From: the human T2T-CHM13v2.0 reference genome, Homo sapiens
Length of the DNA stretch: 64,000 nucleotides
Strand: one strand, 5' to 3'
Assembly: GCF_009914755.1 (NCBI RefSeq)
Contig: NC_060928.1
The position numbers and the translations under genes are program-made. Under the pieces are notes generated by a model. That model was not told the origin of the DNA, ran no database searches, and worked only from the letters and a program-made list of their open reading frames with translations. Positions 29,581 to 42,097 of the stretch are shown piece by piece. How positions within the stretch are numbered: the first letter of the stretch is position 1; each line of letters opens with the position of its first letter.

Positions 29581-30367
29581 CAGTCCCACACTACATAACG
29601 ACATTTTAATCAATGACGGAATAACTGTGGTCCCATAAGATTCTAATGAAACTGAAAAATTCCTATTGTCTAGTGATGTATTGATGATCTTGATCCTGTA
29701 TAGGTCTAGGCTAATGTGTGTGTTTTTGTCTTCATTTTTAACAAAAAAGTTTTAAAGATAAAAAATAATTTTTAAAAAAAGGCTTATAGACTAAGGATAT
29801 AAAGAAAATATTTCTGTACAGCTGTACAATCTGTTAAGCTAAGTGTTATTACAAAAGAGTAAAAAAGCTAAAAAAAGGTTAATAAAATAAAATGTGACAG
29901 TAAGCTGAGGTTAATTATTGAAGACAGATATTTTTTGTAAATTTAATGTAGCCTAAGTATAGTGTTAATGTAGTCTGCATTTGTGTACAGTAATGTCCTA
30001 GGCCTTCCCTTTCACTCACCACTCACTCACTGACTCACCCAGAGCAACTTCCAGTCCTGCAAGCTCCATTCGTGGTAAGTGCCCTACATTGGTGTACCAC
30101 TTTTTTATCTTTTATATTTTTACTGTACCTTGTGTATGTTTAGATACACAAATACCATCGTGTTATAAATGCCTACAGTATTCATTACCATAACATGCTA
30201 TACAAGTTTGTGGTCCAGGAGCAACAGGTTATGCCATACAGCCTAGGTGTGTAGTAGGCTACACACCGTCTATGTTTGTGTTGTACACTCTACAATGTTT
30301 GCACAATGATGAAATCCCATGACTCATTTCTCAGAACATACCCCTGTTGTTAAGCGATACATGACTG
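29581..30367. mobile_element. Tigger3-family (TcMar-Tigger) non-autonomous DNA transposon
   Basis: TA|cagtcccacactacataacgac...gttaagcgatacatgactg|TA terminal inverted repeats with TA TSD; internal cactcactgactcacccagagcaacttccagtcctgcaagctcc. Confidence 0.85.
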
Positions 30368-31063
30368 TACTTTTTTTAAAAAGTCCAAGGATATAGATCA
30401 GTATTTAATAAGCATCAAGGATATATATTGGTACTATATATTTTATATTTAAGTGGAATACATATGTATATATTTCACAAAATATATTTCAATTTGTTTT
30501 GAGACCCCTATCCCTTCACTTCTAAAATAGTGACTCTGTATCTTTAAACATGACAAGTAAAACACCGTTTTCAAATTTTTGTGCAATTGTTTCAAATCTT
30601 CACTGGACAGCAAAACTCTCAAAGCATATAGTGAGAATATTAGGGATTATTAATCTTGCAGGGTCAGGAAAAAATATGAAAATGCCACATATAGTTGTAT
30701 CATCTAGACAGCTCTTCATTCAGTTTATTCTTTCAAAACCCAATAGATGAAGCCAAAAGAACTTGGTACCAAAGAAAACACTATTTTCCCTAGGATTCCA
30801 GTTATGAGATTAAAAACAAAAACAGAGTAGGCTTTCTCACAGGAGTTGCCCTGTGGGCAGTTGTTGCCCATCCTTGGATAAGTAGGGCACCAATAACGAA
30901 ACAGGTGCTCAGGAAGTTCCCAGCCCGTCTTCTGCCTCCATAAGGTCATGCTGAAAAACATCTAAAACTAACAGCCTGGTTTCTTGGGGTTTAGTTTTCC
31001 TGTTACTGAATTACAACTCCTCCCTTTTTAAAAAGTATAGAGTTTTTCAAATGCCTAAAGGAG

Positions 31064-31680
31064 ATTTATTGATTTATTTTTTTTTTCTGGTTGTGTGAAA
31101 TTGATGTTTATTCACAAGGTATTTGCTCTGTTTGTTGAAAACACTTATTTTAAATGTTGTCCTAAGGGGGAAAGGCCGGTAAAGTCGGAAGAAATGCTTA
31201 AAAGCCACTAATGTAAGAGCACATTTTTCCTTTAAAAAGTTAATTAACTAAGGTTTGCTAAATTCAAGGCCTCATAGGGAAATACAACTGAAACTCTAAA
31301 ATATTTTTTTCATTTGAAGTGTTTGTTCACTGTTCTCGGAGCACCTGACGAAGAGTTTCCACTTTTAATACAGTTGAACCGAAAGAAAATATTATTGTAG
31401 TAAATTTCCTTTAAAAAAGCAATATTGATGTTCCCGTATTTTTGGAATAAAAAAGCACCCTTTTTTTTTTAAATTATTATACTTTAAGTTTTAGGGTACA
31501 TGTGCACAATGTGCAGGTTACATATGTATACATGTGACATGCTGGTGCGCTGCACCCACTAACTCGTCATTGAACAATGAAAAGCACCCTATTTTTAAAA
31601 TGCATTATGTAAATAGACTCATTCCAAAGCTGACCATAAGCAATACCTATAGTAACTTGAAAGAGGAGAGGAGGAAGCCC
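31064..31680 (-). pseudogene. Candidate retrocopied mRNA 3' end (source gene unidentified; 5' boundary not determined)
   Basis: Minus-strand AATAAA (31112-31107) lies 20 nt before an A10 tract (31086-31077) with a degenerate extension. The adjoining AT-rich sequence does not resemble a repeat I recognise. No TSD found. Confidence 0.5.
31462..31579 (-). mobile_element. Young L1PA (PA2/PA3-like) 3' tip with short 5' inversion
   Basis: ttattatactttaagttttagggtacatgtgcacaatgtgcagg...gcacccactaactcgtcat; TSD aaaagcaccct (31451-31461, 31580-31590). Confidence 0.92.
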
Positions 31681-32371
31681 ACTGAGATACAGTTCCTAAG
31701 CATTTAAAGTTGACTTCCTGCTGGCCTGAGATACAATTTCCCAAAGCATTTTCCTTCTCATACCTAAGATGTAACTACTCACTGGGCCTAGGGTTAGCAA
31801 CTTTTCAGAAATGGGGGATGCCCCTCTTCTCTCCCACACTCTCAACAGAAAACAGAACATGGAGTATGCAAACATTTAAACACATTCCCCAAGCATTTTA
31901 CCTCTAGGGATCCATCCACCTCACTAATAGATTTCAGTTTATAAATGCATGCCTTGCTGCAAATTACTTAAGCACAAGTGTTCCCCAAAGTGCGATTCCC
32001 TGGTGACTTGGGGTACCAGAAGAGAAGTTTTAGAACGTGGCATTAAATATCCTTCAATATAAAGTCACTGGTTTTCAACTATCTTTTCATCCTCTGGTCT
32101 AGTTAAGGAGAAAGTCTCCATTTGATGCCAGAATGTCGAACACTTGCTACACTTGTTAACCTCCATTATAACAAAAGAAAAGAGGCCTCTGACTCAGGCT
32201 TACCAACAGGCACCAATAATAGCTACCTAGAAGTTAGTAAGTCATATTATTGTCATTATATGCATTTGAATAGTGATACTTTTTACATTCCTTTTTAAAT
32301 ATATGTATTTAAGATTAAAATCAGAGTCAATTTAAAAGAAAAGATTGTTTCAGATGGACTATATCTTTGAG

Positions 32372-32530
32372 ATTCAAAGTGAGATCAGTGGGCCAGAGCC
32401 ATCAGCATCACCTGGGCATTTGTTAAAGGTACTGGATCTTTGTCCCCTCTCACTCCTACTGAACCAGAATCCGCATTTGAACAACATATCCCATGCCACT
32501 TGTATGCATATTAAAATCTGAGAAACTATG
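32372..32530. mobile_element. MER5A-type MITE, probably nested in an older hAT element (about 31975-32600)
   Basis: catcagcatcacctgggcatttgttaaa...ctactgaaccagaatccgcattt...gcatattaaaatctgagaaac. Confidence 0.7.
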
Positions 32531-35500
32531 GGGTGACACAAGAGTTGGTCCAAAACCATGCAGGTGGTTTACAAATGGCTGAACTTTGGGACTCGCTGCT
32601 TTAGATCAGCTGGCGACCTAACTCCTGATCCTCGCTGAAATCAGCTAGTGGAGGTCAGGAGGACCAGGAAGTAACATGGTTCGTGTTTACGCAACAGGGA
32701 GTCACAACCCATCTGAGGACCATGAGGTTGATTAATGAATCTAAACCAGCAGTTTTAGGGGTGTTTCTGGTAAGCTAGAGATGACTTTAAATACGCTTCT
32801 GTTCCTGTTGTGCTACATATATCATTCTTTTTTACTAATAAAAACTACAGTAAAAATTCTACTTAGACTTATCCCTTTATCCCCTGCTTCCCCTTGAAGG
32901 GCTGGGGTTTTCAGCATGCCTTCTGCATGGGAATGAGTGACAGGCACCTACTAATTTAGCACGCCCTGGCCTTCCTCTCAGAGCTGAGCCCAGTTATATG
33001 GAAGAGGCAACTTGGAAATGTGACAGCCCATGTCTCCTGTGTCAGGGGACAGTACAGGTGGCAAAAAAAAAAGCACAAGCTCTCATCGCATCCCATTATG
33101 CCCTAGAGGAGAAGCCAGTGAGTCTCTCATTCACCAAGATGATTAGTCAATGATCCAGGTAGTTCAATCCAAAATCCTAGCTCTGCATCAGCTGGAAGGA
33201 CATATAAGGGGAAAACCCAAGTTATCAGGATCACTGACTCAAGTTTCACCTTCATGACCTCAAGAATTTGTCTGAAATAGAGGAAAAAAATGACCAAAAT
33301 ATGCAGGATTTATGATACCATAAAGAACTAAAGACACTTAGTTACAGCCATCTAGATAGTTCCAGAATGCCCAGATTTAACAGATGTTGACAAAGGGTAT
33401 CTATCCTCCCCACCCCACCCAGGTGTTAGGCCTAACACCACCACAGCTATCCATCAGAAACTCAACTTCCCAGTACAAAATACTAATAGGAGACACTTTG
33501 ATTTTGCAAAGAAAATAGTGAATGTAACTGGGTAAAGAAAAAAGGGAAAATTAACAACAAACAATAGAAGCGAATTCATGGTCTGGTATCCACGATAAGA
33601 ACTGCGTGCCACTCATTACAATGAAAAGAACACTGTGAACATTTGTTAGATCTTTTTTTCCTTTTAAGTTATTTTGAGAATGCACTTATGTAGGCAGAAT
33701 ATTACAGAGAACAAAAAATATATGTTACAATGTAAGATTATTTTAATGATTCTGAAAGAAGGGAAAACAATCAAAATAAATTATGAGGAAAACAGTATAA
33801 TAATTGCTAATACCTATTGACTATTCCAAGCAGTTTACACATATTAACTCCTCAAATCCTCAGGATTCCGAGATAGACGTTATCTTAATACTACTATTAA
33901 TAATATTAATACTACTAAACGTGCCATTTTGCAGATGAAGGGGAGACTTAACTGCAAGGTGGGCAAGTAACGTCTAAGGTCACAAGCTTGGGAACATAGC
34001 TGGGTAAAAATCCAGACACACTCAAAGTCTAAACTCCTTAACAGCAGACTTTCTGCCCTCCCACCACAAGGGTACCAGAATGCCCAAGTTAGGATGAATC
34101 TTTCAATACTCTCTCACTCTGAACCAGACGAAGAATTCTTCTAAAAGGTCAGTGACCTATGGAGTCTCCAGTTAAAGGGCTAGGCCACATTGATACAACT
34201 ATACCTTAAAAGAGAACTAACTTTTGGCATTAAATGCATCATCCATGATTAGATTACTTACTTGGCAGAATTAAATGTTAAGGCTGCTTGGGGGGAAATA
34301 TCAACAGTTGGAGGAAATTTTTGTTGGAAGCACAACATTATGCTTTGAGAAATGCTTAAGTCAAGTATTCCTCTTTTATTAGGACTACTTAATTGAGTAC
34401 AATGCATTAAAATAGCTGGCCTGAATATTTATTAGAGCACCAGCTGTTCCCTCCAGATTTTTAGAAATTCAAGCCTTAGTGCCAAGTGTAATTTAGAAAA
34501 ATTTTCCAACAAGTAAAAAGAGCCCTATGCCTTCTAATACTTATCAAAATAGTAAATAGTAGCTGGAAGTGGTATAGAACATCACTTTTCCCTTCCAATG
34601 AAGAGAGCCAAAATGTTTTGCCATTTGTAGATGTTTTGCCATCCACAAAAACACCATTTTGTAATTGGGCTTAGTGATTATATTACTTAAAAATTATACC
34701 TTGTGATTCATAACTAACAATCCTCTATGTACATATGGATAATATCACAGTGCTAACCATTGGGTTTGCATACCATTCTGGTTTGGTTTTGTTTGGTTGG
34801 CTTTTCTGTTTTGTTTTGTTTAAAAAAAAAAAAAAGGAGTGGTGTTAGACCCAGTAAAACAGCTCAGAGAAATAATACAGAGTTTTATTCAAAATGTTAT
34901 TTTTCAAGATTTCTACTTTAGGAACCCAGCCGTAATCAAAGATCTAACTTTCAAAGGGGGTGAAGGAAAAAAGAAAGTTAAGAAAATAACAGGAAAACAC
35001 TAGGCATAACCCGGATATTCCACATTGAAGCTTTCTAAAGAACACTGGCAAATATCATGTCTGGGTCTTCTGTATTTGCTTTATTGTCAACTGTCTTTGT
35101 GACAGTGCTGCAAGTTTGGATATGGGAAAAGAAATGTCCCCTCCACAGCATTACAGCAGAGGGAATTCAATGAACCTGTCATGCAGACCTTGACGCAGAA
35201 AGCAACTCCCCTCCTACAAACTGAGCATAGTCAGGGCTGGAGGCCAACGAGAAAGCCCCAGAAAAGGGAGGCTGAAAGGAACAGCAACAGTGGATGGGGA
35301 GGCTGATTTTTTTTGAAGGAGAAGGTGGTCTGCCCTTGTTAAGTGTCTGTAGTTAGAGCTACTCAACTGCACTGACACACGCAGAGTGGTCCAGGACAAG
35401 CAGGGCAAAGGAACCAGAAGTCTAGCTCTTCACTGTGCCTATCGAATAAATGGCTAGCTTCTAGCCCTATATGATGCTAACTGCTAGCAAACTAGTTGCA

Positions 35501-36769
35501 GCACCAGAGGTTCTCTTTCAAGAGATTTTTCTCATTTTGTTTTTAGGGCTTTCAGGTTTAAAAATAAACTGGCGTTTTTGGATTAATAAAAAATTCCATG
35601 AGGGATAAAATAGGCCACCTTTTTTTTCTCGTAAGCAAAGAACACTAGCTTCATGTGCTGGTGAAATGGTCACCGCTCTACACCACCCACGCCCAGCTCT
35701 CCCACACATCCCCTCCAGGGAGCAACGGGAAGGAGAGGCCACATCTTCCCAAGAAAAACAAGCTAAAGCTTCTCAAACTCAGCTGGGCATCACAATGACC
35801 TGCAGGAAGTTTTGATTTTTTTCTTAACAGAAATTCCAGGACCCCATCCTGGATGGACCTACTGAACCAGATCTCCCAGTGGGAAGACTGAAATTTCCTT
35901 ACTAATCAGGCTGCCACACTACATGCATAAAGGGGTGAAATATCAACTAATCCTACAGAAGTGACCCCTAGTTAGTGAGAGGGACTTCCCATGCATGGAG
36001 AGATTCCAAGAGATAAAAACCCACACGAGGAGTAATTTTTTTAAAAATGTACTTTGGCCATCAAGATTCAAAGACATCTAAAGGCTAGAATACTGGTTCT
36101 TTTCTTTCTTAAGTGGTGGGACCCCTTTTTTCAAGCAAAATCTTTCTTAGTATCCCAAAATATCAAACTAATAACCAAGCTTTTCTGGAGGAAAGAGAGG
36201 TACTGCTCAGTCCACACCCCACCAGCACAGACCCACCCACCCACATACGCCTCAAGGAGGCCTAGGATTGCTGGTAGCAGGTTTGAAATCCAATGGGCCA
36301 GAATAAGACATTTAAATGGGAGAAATAAACAGAACTAAATCTAAATTCAAATAATTAACTGGAGGGTTAGGGCTTCTGATTAGCATATAGCTTAGGGGGA
36401 TGGTTTAATAGAGTTCACTTGAAAAAGTGAAGGTTTTATTTCACTAAAAAGTCAATCCAAGCCAAAGTGTTCGTTGGCTGCCAGGGAAAGCAAGTGCAGT
36501 TTAGCCTGGGTTAATAACTAGTATTTGTATTTAGAGATTTACCATTTATGAAGCACGTTGATATGCATGATCTCACATAATACTGGATAACAACTTTGCA
36601 GAAAATTATTTTCCCGGTTTTTTTAGATGAGCAACTGAGGAACTAATCTGTGAAAGTAACTTACTCAAAGTCAATTCCAGACAGTAGCAGAGGCTTCTGC
36701 CACCAGGCACAGCACAGCCTAGGGACTGAAGGGAGAGTTCAAGAGCCTGCTGCTCTTCGGATGGTTAGA

Positions 36770-37170
36770 AAAGCCTGTGAACAACGTGTTTCATTCTGGT
36801 TGCTGCATTAATAGAGGTGTGTCCAAATGGGACCCTAGGCAGAGCACCGTGACCAGGGCAAAGAACAATCTGGAAACAGTATATGTAGACCTAACACTCT
36901 AAAACCGAACCCTGACATGCTCTTCAACATCTCAAAAGTTACTCCACATCTCTGTACTCCAATTTCTTCATCTGTCACAAAGATATAATATGTTTGGAAG
37001 ACTCTTTGAGATGCTTACAAGAAAAACATCATTAGTGTAAACACATGGAGGAACTAGGAGCTTTTAAAGGTGGAAAACAGAATGTTTAGGAATGACATAA
37101 TGGCTATTTTTAAATAATGAAGGACCATGGGGAAGGAAGATAAGTCTTATTTTACATCATTCAAGAGTAG
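36770..37170 (+). mobile_element. L3/CR1 LINE fragment interrupted by a 151-bp duplicated segment
   Basis: tctggaaacagtatatgt[insert]aaacacatggaggaactaggagc...gacataatggctatttttaaata resembles the CR1/L3 ORF2 3' end. Confidence 0.6.
36887..37037 (+). repeat. Dispersed duplicate copy A (151 bp)
   Basis: Ungapped match to 39547-39697 with 9 mismatches by manual count. Confidence 0.95.
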
Positions 37171-37259
37171 CCGAGGCTCTTCGCCTTCTCCTTCCTGAAA
37201 ATTCAAAGCCATTAGGTAGGTCCAATCTGGTAGGCTTCCTACGTTTACAAAAACGTAGG

Positions 37260-38610
37260 AAGAGGGATGCTGTGGAAGCCCAGAGCAGGGTATCTCAGGG
37301 AGAAAGGTATCCATATGGGGATGGGGGTGGTGGCACAGGATGCTAGAGCACTAACAGCTGAGGAGGGCAGCCCCAGGAGGAAAGGTGGTGGCAGCTGCAG
37401 AAGATTGGTTACATATGGGGAGATTTACCAAATAAGTAAACTGTTAAGAATAATGCGAACCAAGAATCTCACTGTCAAATAAAGCAGTTATAAAATATGG
37501 AGAGGAAAAACTAAACCCTGTGGTATCAGACAGGAATTTAAGGTATGACTGTAAACTCATGGTTTTAAAAGTACATAGATACAGAATTACAGATGTACAT
37601 GTGTGTCTGTATATACACAGAGTAGCAACACCCTAATAGCAATGAGCACACCAAGCAACCAGATCTTGGCTTCTAAATTCCATTCTCCATTCAATAGCTC
37701 CTTGGAGAAATGTCTGATACAAAAGATGACACAGGTAAATCACAAAATGAGTTTGGAACATCTTATTCTGCCAGAGAGCAAGATGGTGCTCAAAGACTGA
37801 TGGGAGTTAAAAGAGCACAGGAGCCAATGTGAAAAGACTGCACTGGCCAAACCTAGGGCCATTTTAAATAAAGTAATGACAGTAACATTAAACCACACTG
37901 AAAAAAGGAAGACACTAAGTTCTTACTGATATAAATAAATAACAGATTGAAAATTTGATGAGGAATAGGCTATTTACATGGTTTCAATGTAATTTGCCAT
38001 AAAACATTTATAAATTACAAATGAGAAAAGAGTAACTATATGGTAGAGAAGCCTGGCAGACAACACCTTGATCAAGTGACCATCATCAGTAATGGGACAA
38101 ACAGAAATCAATGCCACCCTGATAGGGTACAATGAGAACGCAGCACCATTTCTGTACTATTCCTACCAAAGATGCACAGCCTGAATCTAAGCTTGTGAAA
38201 ATGGCACAAACACAAACTGAGGGACATTCTGCAAAATAACTGGCTTATAATTGTCAAAAGTATCAAGAGCATGATAGTGAAGGACTGAAAGAGACTAAAA
38301 ACATGTAACTAAATACAAAGTGTGGTTCTGACCTGAATTCTTTTGCTTTAAAACATTATGGGAGCAACTGGGAAACTTGGATGAAATCTAAGGATTAAAT
38401 GGTGTTAATGTATCATTGGTAATTTCCTGGCTTTCATGGTTGTACTGTGGTGATCTAGGAGAATAGTCCAGTTTACAGAAAATACATACTCAACTGTTTG
38501 TGTGATAGCCAACATGCTGGCAACTTTTTCTCAAACAGGATAAAAACAGGTTCTCTATACTACTTGCAATTTTCCTATTGGTTTAATGTTTCCAAATAAA
38601 AATTTTAAAT
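37260..38610 (+). mobile_element. L1MC-type 3' region
   Basis: ggagatttaccaaataagtaaa...aatgagcacaccaagcaaccagatcttggcttctaaa...gagggacattctgcaaaataactggc...tgcaattttcct. Confidence 0.8.
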
Positions 38611-38756
38611 GAACAGTAAATTAGGAGGATGGAAATGATGGGGAGACAGATAACATCTAGTTTGAACAGATGAAACTCTACAATTAAAGTGGTCCAAAAA
38701 CAGATCCATGCTTAGAAAGGTAGGCACGATACAATGGAGAATGCTTCACTGACTAG

Positions 38757-39112
<356 letters not shown>

Positions 39113-39546
39113 CAAACGTTTATCAAAACATCTACTGTGTTTCAGACAATGTGCAAGACACTGGGCTTATGAAAGTGAGACAGCCCCCACACTTGAAGCC
39201 CTTATAATCCAGTGGAGTATGATTTATTTGGAAGTTAGAAATTTTAAGACAGTCATCAGTATTACACACAGAAACAAACATGTGATTCAAGAATGCTGTC
39301 TACAATACTCCAATTTTCATTTATGAATTTTCAATAGGCTACAATTATTCCACCATATTCTTGAAGAACATTTTCATCCTAACTTTTTTGTGCTTGTGGG
39401 TGGTGTTAATTGTGGCATATGCAAAAACTTTATCACTTTTCGATTATGAACAGATGTAAATGACTTACTTGATGTTTTATTTTAGAATAACAAGCATCTT
39501 CTAAAATAAGTCTCCACCCAAAAAGCTGGGGCTATCATTACGGAAG

Positions 39547-39697
39547 AGACTTAACACTCTGAAACTGAACCTTGACATGCTCTTCAACACCTCAAAAGTT
39601 ACTCCACATCTCTGTACTCCAATTTCTTCATCTGTCACAAAGATATAATATTCTTGGAAGACTCTTTGGGGTGCTTACAAGAAAAACATCATTAGTG
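39547..39697 (+). repeat. Dispersed duplicate copy B (151 bp, MIR-derived)
   Basis: Matches 36887-37037; contains MIR-like aagttactccacatctctgtactccaatttcttcatctgt. Confidence 0.95.
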
Positions 39698-40767
39698 AAA
39701 AGTTCTGTTAAAAATGCAGATTGCTTTCACCTTTTGCCAGGGACTACCTATTACTGTGGACATTAAAACAAAGTGACCCATCTAAATGAGTGCAACATTT
39801 TGGCAAGTTTATGGTGGTTGAAACATGATTTGGTTTTCCAACTTCTCCCCACTTGGCTTCATTTCAATCTGCGGAGTATATCAAGTGAGAATGCTTCTGC
39901 GCCTTCATACTGCCCCACAGAGGGAGTGGCCACACTAAGCAAGCCTATATTCAATTACTTTCCCCACTTTATACCTTTCTTACACTTTTCCCATATGACA
40001 CTTTCATAACCATATTTAGCTTTCTTCCTACCATCTCCCTGTAATTCAAAACGCAATTTAGATTCCCATATGGTTGCCATCGAAGCTAACAGATGTCTAG
40101 CAAATTAAAACAAAAATTATGACTTATAAACTGCTGATGTATCATCATTCCAGAACATCTTGCAATTTATAGTGAATCATAAGATAAAGCTTCCTACTTG
40201 ATGCCCCCCCTCCCCCACCGCCCCAAGGTTTCCTGAGTCTCCCTCCTCTCTGAATTAAGCCCTGTGGAAGCAAATTAGAGGCAAGATCCTGCCATCAACC
40301 CTGGATAAACTTGCACTTAAAGACACAAGGTAATATCTGAAAGCATATCAAAAGAGAAAGTTGGCCTCAAGTAACTGAGGCTTTTCTAATCCTTTGTAGC
40401 AAAGAAAACAGAAAAATGACTTGGTTCTCCCAAATCATTCCACCGTTTCCATTGAGTTCTTTCCTAACAAGTCACTATAAAATCTATTGAATCCATTTGC
40501 CTCATCTTCTTGGCAGATCTTAAGGGTATTATCATTACCTAGTAGTAATGATGCCAAAGTACTAGACTAAGGCATTCTAGAAGTTCTATAGCCCTGTATG
40601 GAACCAGTATAAAATCTGGAGACAACAACAGTAATGATATTCACTATTTGTTAAATATTGAGATATTATGCCGAATAAAACATTATCTCACTGAATCTTT
40701 AAAACTACAACACCATTAATGTTATCTTTCCTTTATAAACAAGAAATTAAGGCTCAGTGCCTTAATA

Positions 40768-41262
40768 CAGTAGACTATATTTTTCAAAGATGGCCACAAC
40801 CTACATGACTTTCTGCAATGTGACCTTGACACTTCTCCATCAAAAGGTGGCTTCTAATTCTTCACCCTTTGAAATTCAGCAGTCTGCATGAGTGCTCTAA
40901 CCAATGGAATAGATAAAAGTGGCACTGCCAGTTCTAAGTGGAACCTTAACTGGCTGGAAGCTTCTTTAAGACTTAGAGACAGGAAGAAGCCACGTGTAGG
41001 TAGGTGCTCCAGTGACAACTCTGGCTAAGCTCCCAGCAAGCATCAGCTTCCAGTCATATGAGTATACCATCTCAGGCATCCTGCCCAGAGGGCCTTCCGG
41101 TAAGTCCAACTCCAACTACATCTCACCACAACTGTATGAGACCCCAAGTGAGAACTGTCCAGATGAGCCTGGCCAAATCACAGAACTGTGAACTATAATA
41201 ATAAACAACTGTGTTTTAAACAACTAAGCTTGGAGGTTATGTAGCAATAAATAACCAGAATA
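40768..41262 (+). mobile_element. MaLR solo LTR, MLT1H/G-like, within a MIR
   Basis: caaagatggccacaac...caatgtgaccttgacacttctccatcaaaaggtgg...tatgtagcaataaataaccagaata. Confidence 0.7.
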
Positions 41263-41761
41263 TTGAGATCAATTTACTTGCCTGGGAACAGTTAAGTATC
41301 CAGAATCCAAAACAGTTAAAAGCCAGAATCCAAAAGGGCAAAACATCTATTAATGATGAGTGATGGGATGTGGTGTTCGGTACCCCAAAGAAATGACTTT
41401 AAAACAAAATCCTCTTTCTTCTCCCTCCCCCAAACCCAAAGCAGTCTCAGGGTTTTCTGAGAAATGTCCCAGTACGGTGACACCCTCAATAAAATCAATT
41501 CCCTTCTGTCTTGAATTGTTCCAATATATAACAGAGGAAACAAGTTTTCCCCCACCAGCCTGTGATAACTAATGAGAAAGGAATCTGTACAAGATGTTGA
41601 CTTTGTTACTCAGAATGTCATTACAACTGTTATATAAAAGGATTCAGATTTTATACATGAAGCTGTAATTCTAATAATAAAAATATATTTAATGACTCAC
41701 AGGACTACATTTGAGATTCACAGTGGGGAGAGAGAAGCACGGACACTATACCAGGAACTGA

Positions 41762-42097
<336 letters not shown>

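Noticed and set aside
30011-30040. (CACT)n-like run
   Set aside because: Part of the Tigger3 internal sequence.
31064-31579. Reading the polyadenylated insert as a 3' transduction of the adjacent L1PA
   Set aside because: The L1 has its own TSD tightly around it, so it inserted separately into pre-existing sequence.
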